Source: Clostridia bacterium (GTDB lineage Bacteria > Bacillota > Clostridia > UMGS1883 > UMGS1540). Taken from it: a stretch of 64,000 nucleotides of DNA. Positions 46,412 to 55,274 of the stretch are shown here, one piece after another (position 1 is the stretch's first letter; each line of letters starts with the position of its first letter). Under the pieces are notes generated by a model, which was not told the origin of the DNA, did not search any database, and saw nothing but the letters and a program-made list of their open reading frames with translations. A program made the translations under genes and the position numbers. Where the stretch lies: positions 67,649 to 131,648 of the forward strand of contig JAFSAU010000008.1 of NCBI GenBank assembly GCA_017442155.1, written 5' to 3'.

Positions 46412-46459
46412 ACAAAACGAAACCGCCCTGCGGAAAAGGTATTTCCTCCCGCAGGGCGG
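46411..46459 (-). terminator. Rho-independent terminator for the minus-strand DUF1540 gene
   Basis: Perfect 11-bp stem CCGCCCTGCGG/CCGCAGGGCGG. The T-run on the minus strand corresponds to plus-strand 'aaacaaaacgaaa'. Confidence 0.7.
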
Positions 46460-46477
46460 CAACGTGTGCGAAAGACC

Positions 46478-46666
46478 TTAGAAGCAGCTGTCACACTTGT
46501 CTTTGTCCACGAAAGTGGCGCAAAGCGTACCCTCGCAGCCGGACCCGCTGCAGGGGCTGACTTCGATTTCTTCTGCAGTGCATTTGCCGCTGCAGTTGTT
46601 AAAATGACAGTTTTTCACACTGCAGCGCACATCGCGCAGTGCCTCGCGGTTTTCATTCGGTCGCAT
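46478..46666 (-). CDS. DUF1540-family small cysteine-rich protein
   Basis: 62 aa from the ATG at 46666, with RBS GAAGGAGG 9 nt upstream. Repeated 'C..(K/E)NC.(F/Y)N...C.A' patterns give 10 Cys. Confidence 0.7.
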   Translation of the reverse strand: MRPNENREALRDVRCSVKNCHFNNCSGKCTAEEIEVSPCSGSGCEGTLCATFVDKDKCDSCF

Positions 46667-46744
46667 AGAAAAAACCTCCTTCAAAATTGGCTTTCGCATA
46701 TAGCTTGCACAGAAAGTAAAAAGTTATACTAAGGGAGAATGTAA

Positions 46745-47416
46745 ATGGCTGTTTTTGCCATATCGGACCTGCATCTGCCGCTCGGGATTGATAAACCGAT
46801 GGATGTTTTTGGCGGTGGATGGGAAAATTATGTGGAGCGGATTTCCGAAAACTGGAAATCGGCCGTAAAAGAATCGGATACCGTTCTGATTGGCGGTGAT
46901 GTCTCCTGGGCTACATACCTGGAAGAGGCATTGCCGGATTTTCATTTTATTGAGGCTCTGCCCGGCCGGAAGCTGATTTCCAAGGGCAACCATGACTATT
47001 GGTGGACAACCGCCGCAAAGCTTTCAGCTTTTTTGGAGGCTAACGCCCTGAAAACAATTTCCTTCATGCATAACAACAGCACCCTTGCGGACGGATATGC
47101 CATCTGCGCCTGCCGTGGCTGGAAATCTCCGTTTGAATCGGATTTCAACGGCGAGGACCGTAAAATTTATGAACGGGAGATGGTGCGGCTGGAATTATCC
47201 CTGAAAGAAGGGAAGAAGCTGTCGGAAAAGCGGATTGTGATGATGCACTATCCGCCGGATGTGGGCTTTGCGGAATTACTTGACGAATACAACGTGGAAT
47301 TTTGCGTGTATGGACATCTGCACGGAAAAAATGCGTGGAATAAATTTGCACAGAGCGAGAGGGATTTACTCGTTTCGGCAGACTATCTGGAATTTATGCC
47401 GAGACGGATTGTATAA
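46745..47416 (+). CDS. Metallophosphoesterase (calcineurin-like)
   Basis: 'AISDLHLP', 'GGDVSW' and 'GNHDYW' metal-binding motifs are present. Confidence 0.8.
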   Translation: MAVFAISDLHLPLGIDKPMDVFGGGWENYVERISENWKSAVKESDTVLIGGDVSWATYLEEALPDFHFIEALPGRKLISKGNHDYWWTTAAKLSAFLEANALKTISFMHNNSTLADGYAICACRGWKSPFESDFNGEDRKIYEREMVRLELSLKEGKKLSEKRIVMMHYPPDVGFAELLDEYNVEFCVYGHLHGKNAWNKFAQSERDLLVSADYLEFMPRRIV

Positions 47417-47432
47417 AAGGAGGAGAAAAAAT

Positions 47433-47717
47433 ATGGCAATTACGATGCAGGAAATCGAACATCTGGCCCGGCTTTCCAAGCTGGCTCTCAGCAATGAGGA
47501 AAAAGAGCGGCTGACGGGAGAAATGCAGAGTATTCTCAGCTTTGCGGACAAGCTTTCCGGACTGGATACGGCAGCCGACCCCACTATGTTTGCCTCGGAC
47601 GGACAGAATGTGTTTCGGGAGGATGAAATTCATCCCTCCTTGCCCACGTCGGCCATTTTACAGAACGCACCCGAAAAGGATATGGAATGCTTTGTGGTGC
47701 CGAAAACCGTTGAATAG
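47433..47717 (+). CDS. gatC: Asp-tRNA(Asn)/Glu-tRNA(Gln) amidotransferase subunit C
   Basis: The ATG at 47433 is preceded by AAGGAGGAG. 'MQEIEHLARLSKLALSNEEKE' is GatC-like. It lies upstream of gatA and gatB. Confidence 0.9.
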   Translation: MAITMQEIEHLARLSKLALSNEEKERLTGEMQSILSFADKLSGLDTAADPTMFASDGQNVFREDEIHPSLPTSAILQNAPEKDMECFVVPKTVE

Positions 47718-47732
47718 AAAGGACGAACTGAT

Positions 47733-49180
47733 ATGAATGAGTTTACAAAGCTTTCGGTAGATGCACTTCAGAAGATGTTGCGAAATAAAGAAGTATCTGC
47801 TTGCGAAATTGCACAGGCCCATCTTACCCATATTCAAAAGATGGAGCCCGAGATTGACAGTCTCCTTACTATAACGCAGGACGAAGCACTTGAAAAGGCC
47901 GCGGCGGTTGATAAGAAGATTGCTGACGGAGAGCCGATTGCACCGCTTGCTGGCATACCGGTCGCCATTAAGGATAACATTTCCACAAAGGGTGTAAAAA
48001 CGACTTGTGCATCCAAAATGCTGCATAATTATGTTCCTCCCTATGATGCCACAGCCTATGCGCGACTGATGGAGCAGGACGCCGTTATGATTGGTAAGGC
48101 CAACATGGACGAATTTGCCATGGGGTCTTCTACAGAAAACTCTTATTTTAAAAAGACAAAAAATCCGGTCAACCCTGCACATGTGCCCGGTGGATCGTCC
48201 GGTGGCAGTGCAGCAGCAGTTGCATCGGGGGAGGCGGTCGTTTCTTTAGGCTCTGATACGGGCGGTTCCATTCGGCAGCCTGCATCCTTTTGCGGCATTG
48301 TTGGTATGAAGCCAACCTACGGCCTTGTATCCCGTTATGGTCTGATGCGTTTGCATCGTCACTGGATCAGATTGGACCGTTTGCCCGAAATGTGAAGGAC
48401 TGCGCAACGGTTCTTTCCGCAATCTGCGGAAAAGACGCGAAGGATTCTACATCCCTATCCGTTCCTACCCCTGATTTTATGGGTGCACTGACGGGCGAAT
48501 GCAAGGGCATGAAAATCGGACTTCCGAAGGAATATTTCAGTGACGCGGTGGACCCGGCAGTCCGGGATGCAGTGCTTTCGGCGGCAAAGAGTTATGAGGC
48601 TATGGGCGCAGAGGTTGCGGAATGTACCCTTCCCATGCTTGATTACGCACTGGAAGCATACTACCTGATTTCTTCTGCTGAAGCCAGCTCCAATCTCGCC
48701 CGGTATGACGGCGTACGGTATGGCTTTAGGGCAGAGGGCTGCAAGGATTTGGAAGACCTGTTCCTGAAAACAAGAAGCGAAGGCTTCGGGAAGGAAGTCA
48801 AACGCCGCATCATGCTGGGTACATTCGTTCTCAGCAGCGGCTATTATGATGCATATTATAAGAAAGCACAGCAGACCCGGACTTTGATTTGTCAGGACTT
48901 TGCCCGCGTGTTTGAAAGCTTTGATTGTATCCTGACGCCCACCTCGCCTTGCACGGCGTGGAAATTCGGAGAAAAATCGGCAGATCCTGTACAGATGTAC
49001 CTGGCAGATATCTGTACGGTATCGGTAAACATTGCAGGACTTCCGGCACTCAGTATGCCCTGCGGCACTGATGCGGCGGGGTTGCCGGTAGGCGTTCAGC
49101 TTATCGGCGGCAGACTCCGGGACGATGTGATTTTGCGGGCGGCCTACGCATTAGAACAAAACGGAAAGGGAGGCAGATAA
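47733..49180 (+). pseudogene. gatA: gatA (Glu-tRNA(Gln) amidotransferase subunit A) interrupted by a -1 frameshift near 48345
   Basis: Frame 1 carries the amidase signature '[14 protein letters not shown]...[32 protein letters not shown]' to about 48344. The canonical continuation '(I)[20 protein letters not shown]' is in the +1 frame (ORF 48290-49180). One nucleotide appears to be missing in 'ggtctgAT-gcgtttgca'. This is either a sequencing error or an authentic pseudogene. Confidence 0.8.
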
Positions 49181-49181
49181 A

Positions 49182-50618
49182 ATGAAGTATGAAACCGTTA
49201 TCGGACTTGAGGTCCATGCAGAGCTTTCTACGAAAACGAAAATTTACTGCAGCTGTGAAAACAGCTTCGGCGGCGATACGAATACGCGGTGTTGCCCCGT
49301 ATGTATCGGCCTCCCCGGCGCACTGCCTGTTTTAAACCGTACCGTGGTGGACTATGGTATCAAGGCAGGTCTTGCTATGCACTGCAGTATTGCATCTTAT
49401 TGTAAACAGGACAGAAAAAATTATTTTTACCCCGACCTTCCCAAGGCATATCAGATTTCCCAGTTTGACCTGCCCCTTTGTTCGGCGGGCTATGTGGAAA
49501 TCGACACAGAAGAGGGTATGAAAAATATCGGTATTACCCGGATTCATATTGAGGAGGATGCCGGAAAGCTCCTCCATGCCGAAGGAGCAAACTTTTCGCT
49601 GGTTGACTATAATCGCGGCGGCGTACCGCTTATCGAGATTGTCAGTGAGCCGGATATGCGTTCGCCTGAGGAGGCTATGGCTTTTCTGGAAGCGATTAAA
49701 TCCACGCTTCAGGCCATTGGCGTTTCCGATTGTAAGATGCAGGAGGGATCACTCCGCTGTGATATAAATGTTTCCGTCCGTCCGGAAGGACAGGAGGAAT
49801 TCGGTGTCCGCAGTGAATGTAAAAACGTGAATTCCTTCCATGCGGCCGTCCGTGCGATTAAATACGAAAGAGACCGGCAGATTGCTGTCTTAGAAGCCGG
49901 TGGAACCGTGGAGCAGGAAACACGCCGTTGGGACGATGCAAAGGGCGAAAGCTTCCTGATGCGCTCCAAAGAAGAGGCGCATGATTACCGGTATTTTCCG
50001 GAGCCGGACCTCGCCCCCATCTACGTGGATGATGCCTGGATTGAAGACCTCCGCACATCGCTGCCGGAACTTCCCTCGGAAAAGAAAAAGCGGTATGTGG
50101 AAACCTATAGCTTGCCGAAGTACGATGCCGGACTGATAGGCGCGTCTTTGGGACTTTCAAAGCTTTTTGAGGACACGGTGGCGGCCGGTGCCGCGCCGAA
50201 AACGGCTTCCAACTGGCTGCTTGGTGAAATCAGCAAAATTTTGAATGAATCGATGCTGGAGGCTGAAGCGATTCCGTTTGATGGTAAGGCATTGGCTGAA
50301 CTGATTGCCATGATTGAAAGCGGTGCTATTTCCGGCACGATTGCCAAGCAGGTGTTGCCCGAAATGTTTGCAGGAAACAAGAGCCCGAAGCAGATTGTAG
50401 AGGAAAAGGGCCTGGCTCAAATCAGCGATGAGGGGGCCATTATGGATATGATACAGGAGGTGCTCGCGCAGAATGAGGCGGCCGTGGCAGACTTCCGCGC
50501 CGGTAAAGATAAGGCCATCGGATTTTTGACGGGCCAGGTAATGCGCGCCTCAAAAGGAAAGGCCAACCCCGGCGTAATCCAGAAGATGCTCCGTGAGGCA
50601 CTCACCGCTTTGAAATAA
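49182..50618 (+). CDS. gatB: Asp-tRNA(Asn)/Glu-tRNA(Gln) amidotransferase subunit B
   Basis: 'MKYETVIGLEVHAELSTKTKIYCSC' is the GatB N-terminus. 478 aa. Confidence 0.9.
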   Translation: MKYETVIGLEVHAELSTKTKIYCSCENSFGGDTNTRCCPVCIGLPGALPVLNRTVVDYGIKAGLAMHCSIASYCKQDRKNYFYPDLPKAYQISQFDLPLCSAGYVEIDTEEGMKNIGITRIHIEEDAGKLLHAEGANFSLVDYNRGGVPLIEIVSEPDMRSPEEAMAFLEAIKSTLQAIGVSDCKMQEGSLRCDINVSVRPEGQEEFGVRSECKNVNSFHAAVRAIKYERDRQIAVLEAGGTVEQETRRWDDAKGESFLMRSKEEAHDYRYFPEPDLAPIYVDDAWIEDLRTSLPELPSEKKKRYVETYSLPKYDAGLIGASLGLSKLFEDTVAAGAAPKTASNWLLGEISKILNESMLEAEAIPFDGKALAELIAMIESGAISGTIAKQVLPEMFAGNKSPKQIVEEKGLAQISDEGAIMDMIQEVLAQNEAAVADFRAGKDKAIGFLTGQVMRASKGKANPGVIQKMLREALTALK

Positions 50619-50725
50619 AGAAAGAAATTTTCATCCATAAAAAACAGATCTGAATGTATGAACTGCACCAGTTTGGGCAGACAGTACAAAAAGCCTTTAT
50701 GGTAAATATTAGATTTTTAAGCAAC

Positions 50726-50770
50726 AAACTGACTTCTCGTTTCAAGGGGAGTCAGTTTTGTTTTTAGTTG
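50726..50770 (+). terminator. Rho-independent terminator after gatCAB
   Basis: 'AACTGACTtctcgtttcaaggggAGTCAGTTttgttttt'. Confidence 0.6.
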
Positions 50771-50867
50771 TGTCATTGTCCGTTTTTACTGGTTCTGTTT
50801 AAAATCCTGCAAGGTCTTTTTTGTTTTCGTGATAAAAGTGATTGCCGGTAAGGTAAAAGCAATATTT

Positions 50868-51632
50868 CTAATTTATTTTCAGCTTTGCCTTGCGGTACTG
50901 TGAAGCTGTGGTACCGGTTATTTTTTTAAAGGTTTTTGAAAAATAATTATAGTCACCAAAGCCACAAAGCTCGGCAATTTCATAAAGGGAGTTAGTCTGT
51001 GTGATAATCATACGTTTTGCAAAATCTATCCGTTCTTCAGTAATATATTGTACGACTGTACCAGATGTATGCTTTTTGAAAAGGGAGCAGAGATATTGCG
51101 GAGCAAGATGAACGGCATCGGCTATCCTTTCAAGTGTCAGCGGTTCGGAAAGATGTGCAGCGATATACTGTTTTGCTTTTTTTATATGGGGATTTTCTAT
51201 ATCCAGCACTGTGTCAATCAGTTGATAATATAAATATGCAAAAATAGAGGCACATTTCTCCTGCTTATGGGCTGATACGGAGGTGAATTCCTTCTTAAAT
51301 GCTTCAAGCATGACAGGGGTATTGGATCGGATGCAGTTTGGTAAGTGACCGCAGATGAGTGGCTGAAAGTCATTGGGGAATAGGATGTTAAAACTGGCAT
51401 ACATAGCAGGTGCACTGCTGGGTGTACGCTTGCGGACCGAACCAGGGGGATACAAAATGGCATCACCGGCGTGCAGAAGAATTTTCTCGCCGTTCAGATA
51501 ATATTCCATGCTGCCTTCCAGCAGATATGTTAAATCCATATAGGGAATTGTAAGTTCGGGAAGCGGAATGACTGATTTTCGTCGGTAAAACGAGAATATT
51601 AAATATTTAGCAGACCGGAAAAGCGTGTCCAT
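50868..51632 (-). CDS. AraC family transcriptional regulator (cupin sensor domain plus HTH)
   Basis: 254 aa. The C-terminal 'RIADAVHLAPQYLCSLFKKHTSGT...YEIAELCGFGDYNYFSKTFKKITG' is an AraC HTH. It is divergent from the downstream isomerase/oxidoreductase/surface-enzyme locus. Confidence 0.85.
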   Translation of the reverse strand: MDTLFRSAKYLIFSFYRRKSVIPLPELTIPYMDLTYLLEGSMEYYLNGEKILLHAGDAILYPPGSVRKRTPSSAPAMYASFNILFPNDFQPLICGHLPNCIRSNTPVMLEAFKKEFTSVSAHKQEKCASIFAYLYYQLIDTVLDIENPHIKKAKQYIAAHLSEPLTLERIADAVHLAPQYLCSLFKKHTSGTVVQYITEERIDFAKRMIITQTNSLYEIAELCGFGDYNYFSKTFKKITGTTASQYRKAKLKIN

Positions 51633-51883
51633 TTAAATCACTCCTTAAAAAGATTCTGTATTCAGTATATCAGAAGGGTGAATAGATTTCAACCCTTTTT
51701 AATTTTTTTAAAGTAAAAATGTTAATTTTTAGTAAGCATAGCGTAATTTCAGATTTTTTAAAAAAGTGAAATCTTAAAATAAGACGAATTTTGATATAAT
51801 ATTGTTAAGATTGCTTATAGTATATAAGTGCAAAATCATTTATAATGAAATCAACAATATTGTTAATTGGGGAGCGATACAAA

Positions 51884-52633
51884 ATGGTAAAACTTGGGGT
51901 TGCCGACTACGGAATGCTTGTGTGGTACGGCGGACATTACGATTATGACGAACGCATTCAGGCAATCAGAAAAATTGGATACGACGGTCTGGAACGGCTG
52001 TATCCGGACAGTGCGGAGGATGCGCTTCGTAAGGCGGCACAGCTTCGAAAGCTGGGGATGGGCTTTGCAACCTGCAATGCCGCAACGCCGGAGCTTTCCA
52101 TTAAATGGACTGCGGCACTGGGAGCCTCATATGTATGGGCACAGGTAAAAGGACAGTCTTATGAGGCGTATCTCCGGCAAGTTTACGAAATGACCAAGGC
52201 GGCAGAAAAATACGGCGTAAAAATTGCGGTACATAATCATCTGGGCTCAATGGCGGAAAGTCAGGAGCAGGTAGAAACGATTCTTCACGAATGTCCGGAC
52301 ACGTATCTTCTGCTGGATACGGGTCATTTGGCCGTGGCCGGCGGGGATGTCCGCTATATTGCAGAAAAATATTACGACCGCATTGCAGCATATCATCTGA
52401 AGGGCTGGAAGCAAAGCACAACGCCGGATGCGGAAAAATGGCAGGACCGAGGGCATTTCTGCGGCCTTGGACAAGGTGACTTTTTCATTGATAATGAATT
52501 TGTATTCAAGAACGCAATCAAAAATGGCTTTGACGGCTGGGTTCACATCGAGCATGACACCCACGAGCAGGACCCTCACATTGATTTAAAGGAAAGCTTC
52601 GATATTTTACAGAAATGGAGGACAGAAGTATGA
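51884..52633 (+). CDS. Sugar phosphate isomerase/epimerase (xylose-isomerase-like TIM barrel)
   Basis: The ATG at 51884 is preceded by GGGGAG. 'AVHNHLGS', 'LLLDTGHL' and 'WVHIEHD' are present. Confidence 0.75.
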   Translation: MVKLGVADYGMLVWYGGHYDYDERIQAIRKIGYDGLERLYPDSAEDALRKAAQLRKLGMGFATCNAATPELSIKWTAALGASYVWAQVKGQSYEAYLRQVYEMTKAAEKYGVKIAVHNHLGSMAESQEQVETILHECPDTYLLLDTGHLAVAGGDVRYIAEKYYDRIAAYHLKGWKQSTTPDAEKWQDRGHFCGLGQGDFFIDNEFVFKNAIKNGFDGWVHIEHDTHEQDPHIDLKESFDILQKWRTEV

Positions 52634-53664
52634 GCAAACCTATAAAGCTCGGTATGGTAGGTCTCGGACGCGCCGGCTACGGGATGCACCTGAAAGAAAT
52701 GGAAGGGAAGGAGGACCTTTTTTCTATTACTGCCGTGTGTGATGTGGAGCCGGACCGGTGCGAGGCCATGAAAGAAAAGTACGGCTGTAAAACCTACATA
52801 AATGTGGAGGATTTGGTAGAGGACCCCGATGTGGAGGTGGTGGATATTGCCACCCGCTCCTGCGATCATTTCCGCCACGCGAAAACAGCACTGGAAGCCG
52901 GAAAAATTGTTTTCCTGGAAAAGCCCATTACGGAAACATATGAAGAAGCAAAGGCACTGATGGCACTGAACGAGAGCCTTGGCGGCAACAAGCTTTATAT
53001 CCGGCATAACCGCCGTTTTGAAGCGAAGTTCATGCAGGTGAATAAAATAATCGAGTCCGGTATTTTAGGGGATGTGTACCTGATTCGCCGCACTGTTGCG
53101 AATTATTCGCCCAGAACGGATTGGCAGACGCTTTCCCAGTATGGCGGCGGACAGCTCTTAAACTGGGGACCGCATATCGTGGACCAGGCACTGTGTTTTT
53201 GTGGTGGCGAGTATAAAAGAGTACAGGCCATTACAAGACAGGTGACCGCAGCAGGGGATTGTGAGGATTTTGTCCGCGCCGTTTTCGAGGGCGTAAATGA
53301 CAGAATTGTGGAAATCGAGATAAGTGGCGGAACGGCATTGCCGATACCGGAATACGTATTGTACGGCACGCGGGGTGCGCTGATTGATAAGGGAAAGACG
53401 TATACAATCAGGTGTCTGGCCGATTCGTATGTGATTCCGGAAAGAAAGGCGGACCCCCACACGCCCGAGGGTGCAAAGTTCAAGGCTTCAGAGCCGCTTC
53501 CCTTCGTAGAAGAGGAAAAGGAATGGGAAACCAATAAGCTGGACCATACCTGGACGTATCTTTACGAAACAGTGCGGGAAGGAAAAGCTTATCCCATAAA
53601 GAGTAAGGAAGCACTCAAGGTCATGGAAACAATTGACGAAATCATGCACCAAAATGTGCGCTAA
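52630..53664 (+). CDS. Gfo/Idh/MocA family NAD(P)-dependent oxidoreductase
   Basis: The ATG at 52630 is preceded by GGAGGA and overlaps the upstream stop (ATGA). The Rossmann N-terminus is 'IKLGMVGLGRAGYGMH'. 'FLEKP' and 'RHNRRF' are present. Confidence 0.8.
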   Translation: MSKPIKLGMVGLGRAGYGMHLKEMEGKEDLFSITAVCDVEPDRCEAMKEKYGCKTYINVEDLVEDPDVEVVDIATRSCDHFRHAKTALEAGKIVFLEKPITETYEEAKALMALNESLGGNKLYIRHNRRFEAKFMQVNKIIESGILGDVYLIRRTVANYSPRTDWQTLSQYGGGQLLNWGPHIVDQALCFCGGEYKRVQAITRQVTAAGDCEDFVRAVFEGVNDRIVEIEISGGTALPIPEYVLYGTRGALIDKGKTYTIRCLADSYVIPERKADPHTPEGAKFKASEPLPFVEEEKEWETNKLDHTWTYLYETVREGKAYPIKSKEALKVMETIDEIMHQNVR

Positions 53665-53712
53665 GTGCAGGGTACACTTTAAAATAAAAGTAAAAACAGG
53701 AGGTAATAAAGG

Positions 53713-55164
53713 ATGAATACTGTATTCAAAAAAATCATGGCTATGGGTATGGCCGCACTTCTGGGCATCGGCACAATGGGAATGATGGCGGTTTCGGCGG
53801 ATAATACAGCACTGAACACGGAACTGCTTGTAAATGGTGATTTTTCGCTCAAAGATGAAGACGGAGCGGTGGTAGGATGGAGCCTTACCAAGCCCAGTGG
53901 CTCAGGCGGATCTATTAAAGTTGAAAACGAGGTGCTTAGAATCAATGCATCACACGGCACTGTTGAAGGCGGAAATCTTGATGTGAGTAAGAGCTTATAT
54001 GCACTTAACAGATGGGACTACGCCAAATCTGCAAACGGAACAACTGTTATCTCCGGCAAAATATTTATTGAGTCCATGGAAGCCGGTTCGTCCGTAGTGA
54101 TTGATTCCAACCGCAAAGGCTTTGGTGCCGCGAATACTATGGGAGCCCAAATTACATATACGGAAGCGACAAAAGGTTGGAAGACTTTTGAAAGCACCAT
54201 TACGGACACAACTACAACAACAGAAGGATACATGTTCTATGTGCGCGTGTACGGAACTGCACTTGTATGGGTAGATGATGTTTCCATCCAGCATAAAGAA
54301 AGACTTTTGTTACCCGGAAACCTCTCATGGAGCGGTACAACTGCGTTAGCAAATGCTACGCATGGTTATATTAGTAATGAAGGCTATGGAGGAACTCCGA
54401 TAACACCGTATTCCGGGGATGACTGTTTTTATATATGGAACGGAACATTTAATGAAACGACGTATAGTTCGGCAAGGGCAACCACCCGTTTGGCAGCTAA
54501 TCCTGTCGCAGGGCAAACATATCGGGTGAGCATGCGGTTTAAACCGAATGTAAATGAGGCCACCTATTTAGGTCCACGAATAGATATTTTAGATTGGGCT
54601 TCTTATAGTAGCAACGATAAATTTCTAAGGATAGATAAGGATGACTGGACGGTCGGGAATGTTACAAATGGCTGGAGTGAGATTTCTGCATATTTCACTA
54701 TGCCAACATATGAGGCAAGTACCGTAGCAATAAAGTTTTATGGATATTTCGGTGGTTGGATTGATGATTTGATGATTGAACGGGATTGTGATAGAAATGT
54801 GGAAATCCTCAGCTCCAATTTTGAACCCATTGAAAAGGAAACCCCGGGTGCGACCGTTAAAGTGAAGGCCCATATTGTTTCCGACAAAATTGCAGACGAT
54901 GGCGGCAGAAAGGTGAAACTGGTGTTGGCACGTTATGCAAAGGTTGGTGATGCCATGCAGTGTATAGAAGTAAGTGTTTTAGATGAAACCGTAAATATGG
55001 GTACTGCAATGACAGGGTATACCACCGCAGCGAAAGATATTAGACTTGACTATGTAATTCCTGCAGATGCCGAAGGTCAGAGTATCAAGGCATTCCTGTG
55101 GGATGGCGAAAATGGAATTAATCCTATTGGAAAGAGAAGCGCAATTACGGTGAGTGCAAACTAA
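53713..55164 (+). CDS. Secreted protein with N-terminal CBM4/9-like module and C-terminal beta-sandwich domain; no SLH and no catalytic barrel
   Basis: 483 aa with RBS AGGAGGT and signal peptide MNTVFKKIMAMGMAALLGIGTMGMMAVSA. 'TELLVNGDFSLKDEDGAVVGWSL...' is present. The C-terminus '...IKAFLWDGENGINPIG' resembles the C-terminal domains of 13333-14916 and 58317-60530. Confidence 0.65.
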   Translation: MNTVFKKIMAMGMAALLGIGTMGMMAVSADNTALNTELLVNGDFSLKDEDGAVVGWSLTKPSGSGGSIKVENEVLRINASHGTVEGGNLDVSKSLYALNRWDYAKSANGTTVISGKIFIESMEAGSSVVIDSNRKGFGAANTMGAQITYTEATKGWKTFESTITDTTTTTEGYMFYVRVYGTALVWVDDVSIQHKERLLLPGNLSWSGTTALANATHGYISNEGYGGTPITPYSGDDCFYIWNGTFNETTYSSARATTRLAANPVAGQTYRVSMRFKPNVNEATYLGPRIDILDWASYSSNDKFLRIDKDDWTVGNVTNGWSEISAYFTMPTYEASTVAIKFYGYFGGWIDDLMIERDCDRNVEILSSNFEPIEKETPGATVKVKAHIVSDKIADDGGRKVKLVLARYAKVGDAMQCIEVSVLDETVNMGTAMTGYTTAAKDIRLDYVIPADAEGQSIKAFLWDGENGINPIGKRSAITVSAN

Positions 55165-55193
55165 AATAAAATAAGGGAAAATGAAATTTACTG

Positions 55194-55235
55194 CGGGGTT
55201 GTTTGGAAAAAGCAGAACAAACAACCCCGTTTGCA
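55194..55235 (+). terminator. Possible terminator/attenuator hairpin (12-bp stem, weak T-run)
   Basis: 'CGGGGTTGTTTGgaaaaagcagaaCAAACAACCCCGtttgc' lies between 53713-55164 and 55275. Confidence 0.4.
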
Positions 55236-55274
55236 AAATAGGAAGAGAATAAGTGAAAAAAAAGGAGTCATGCT

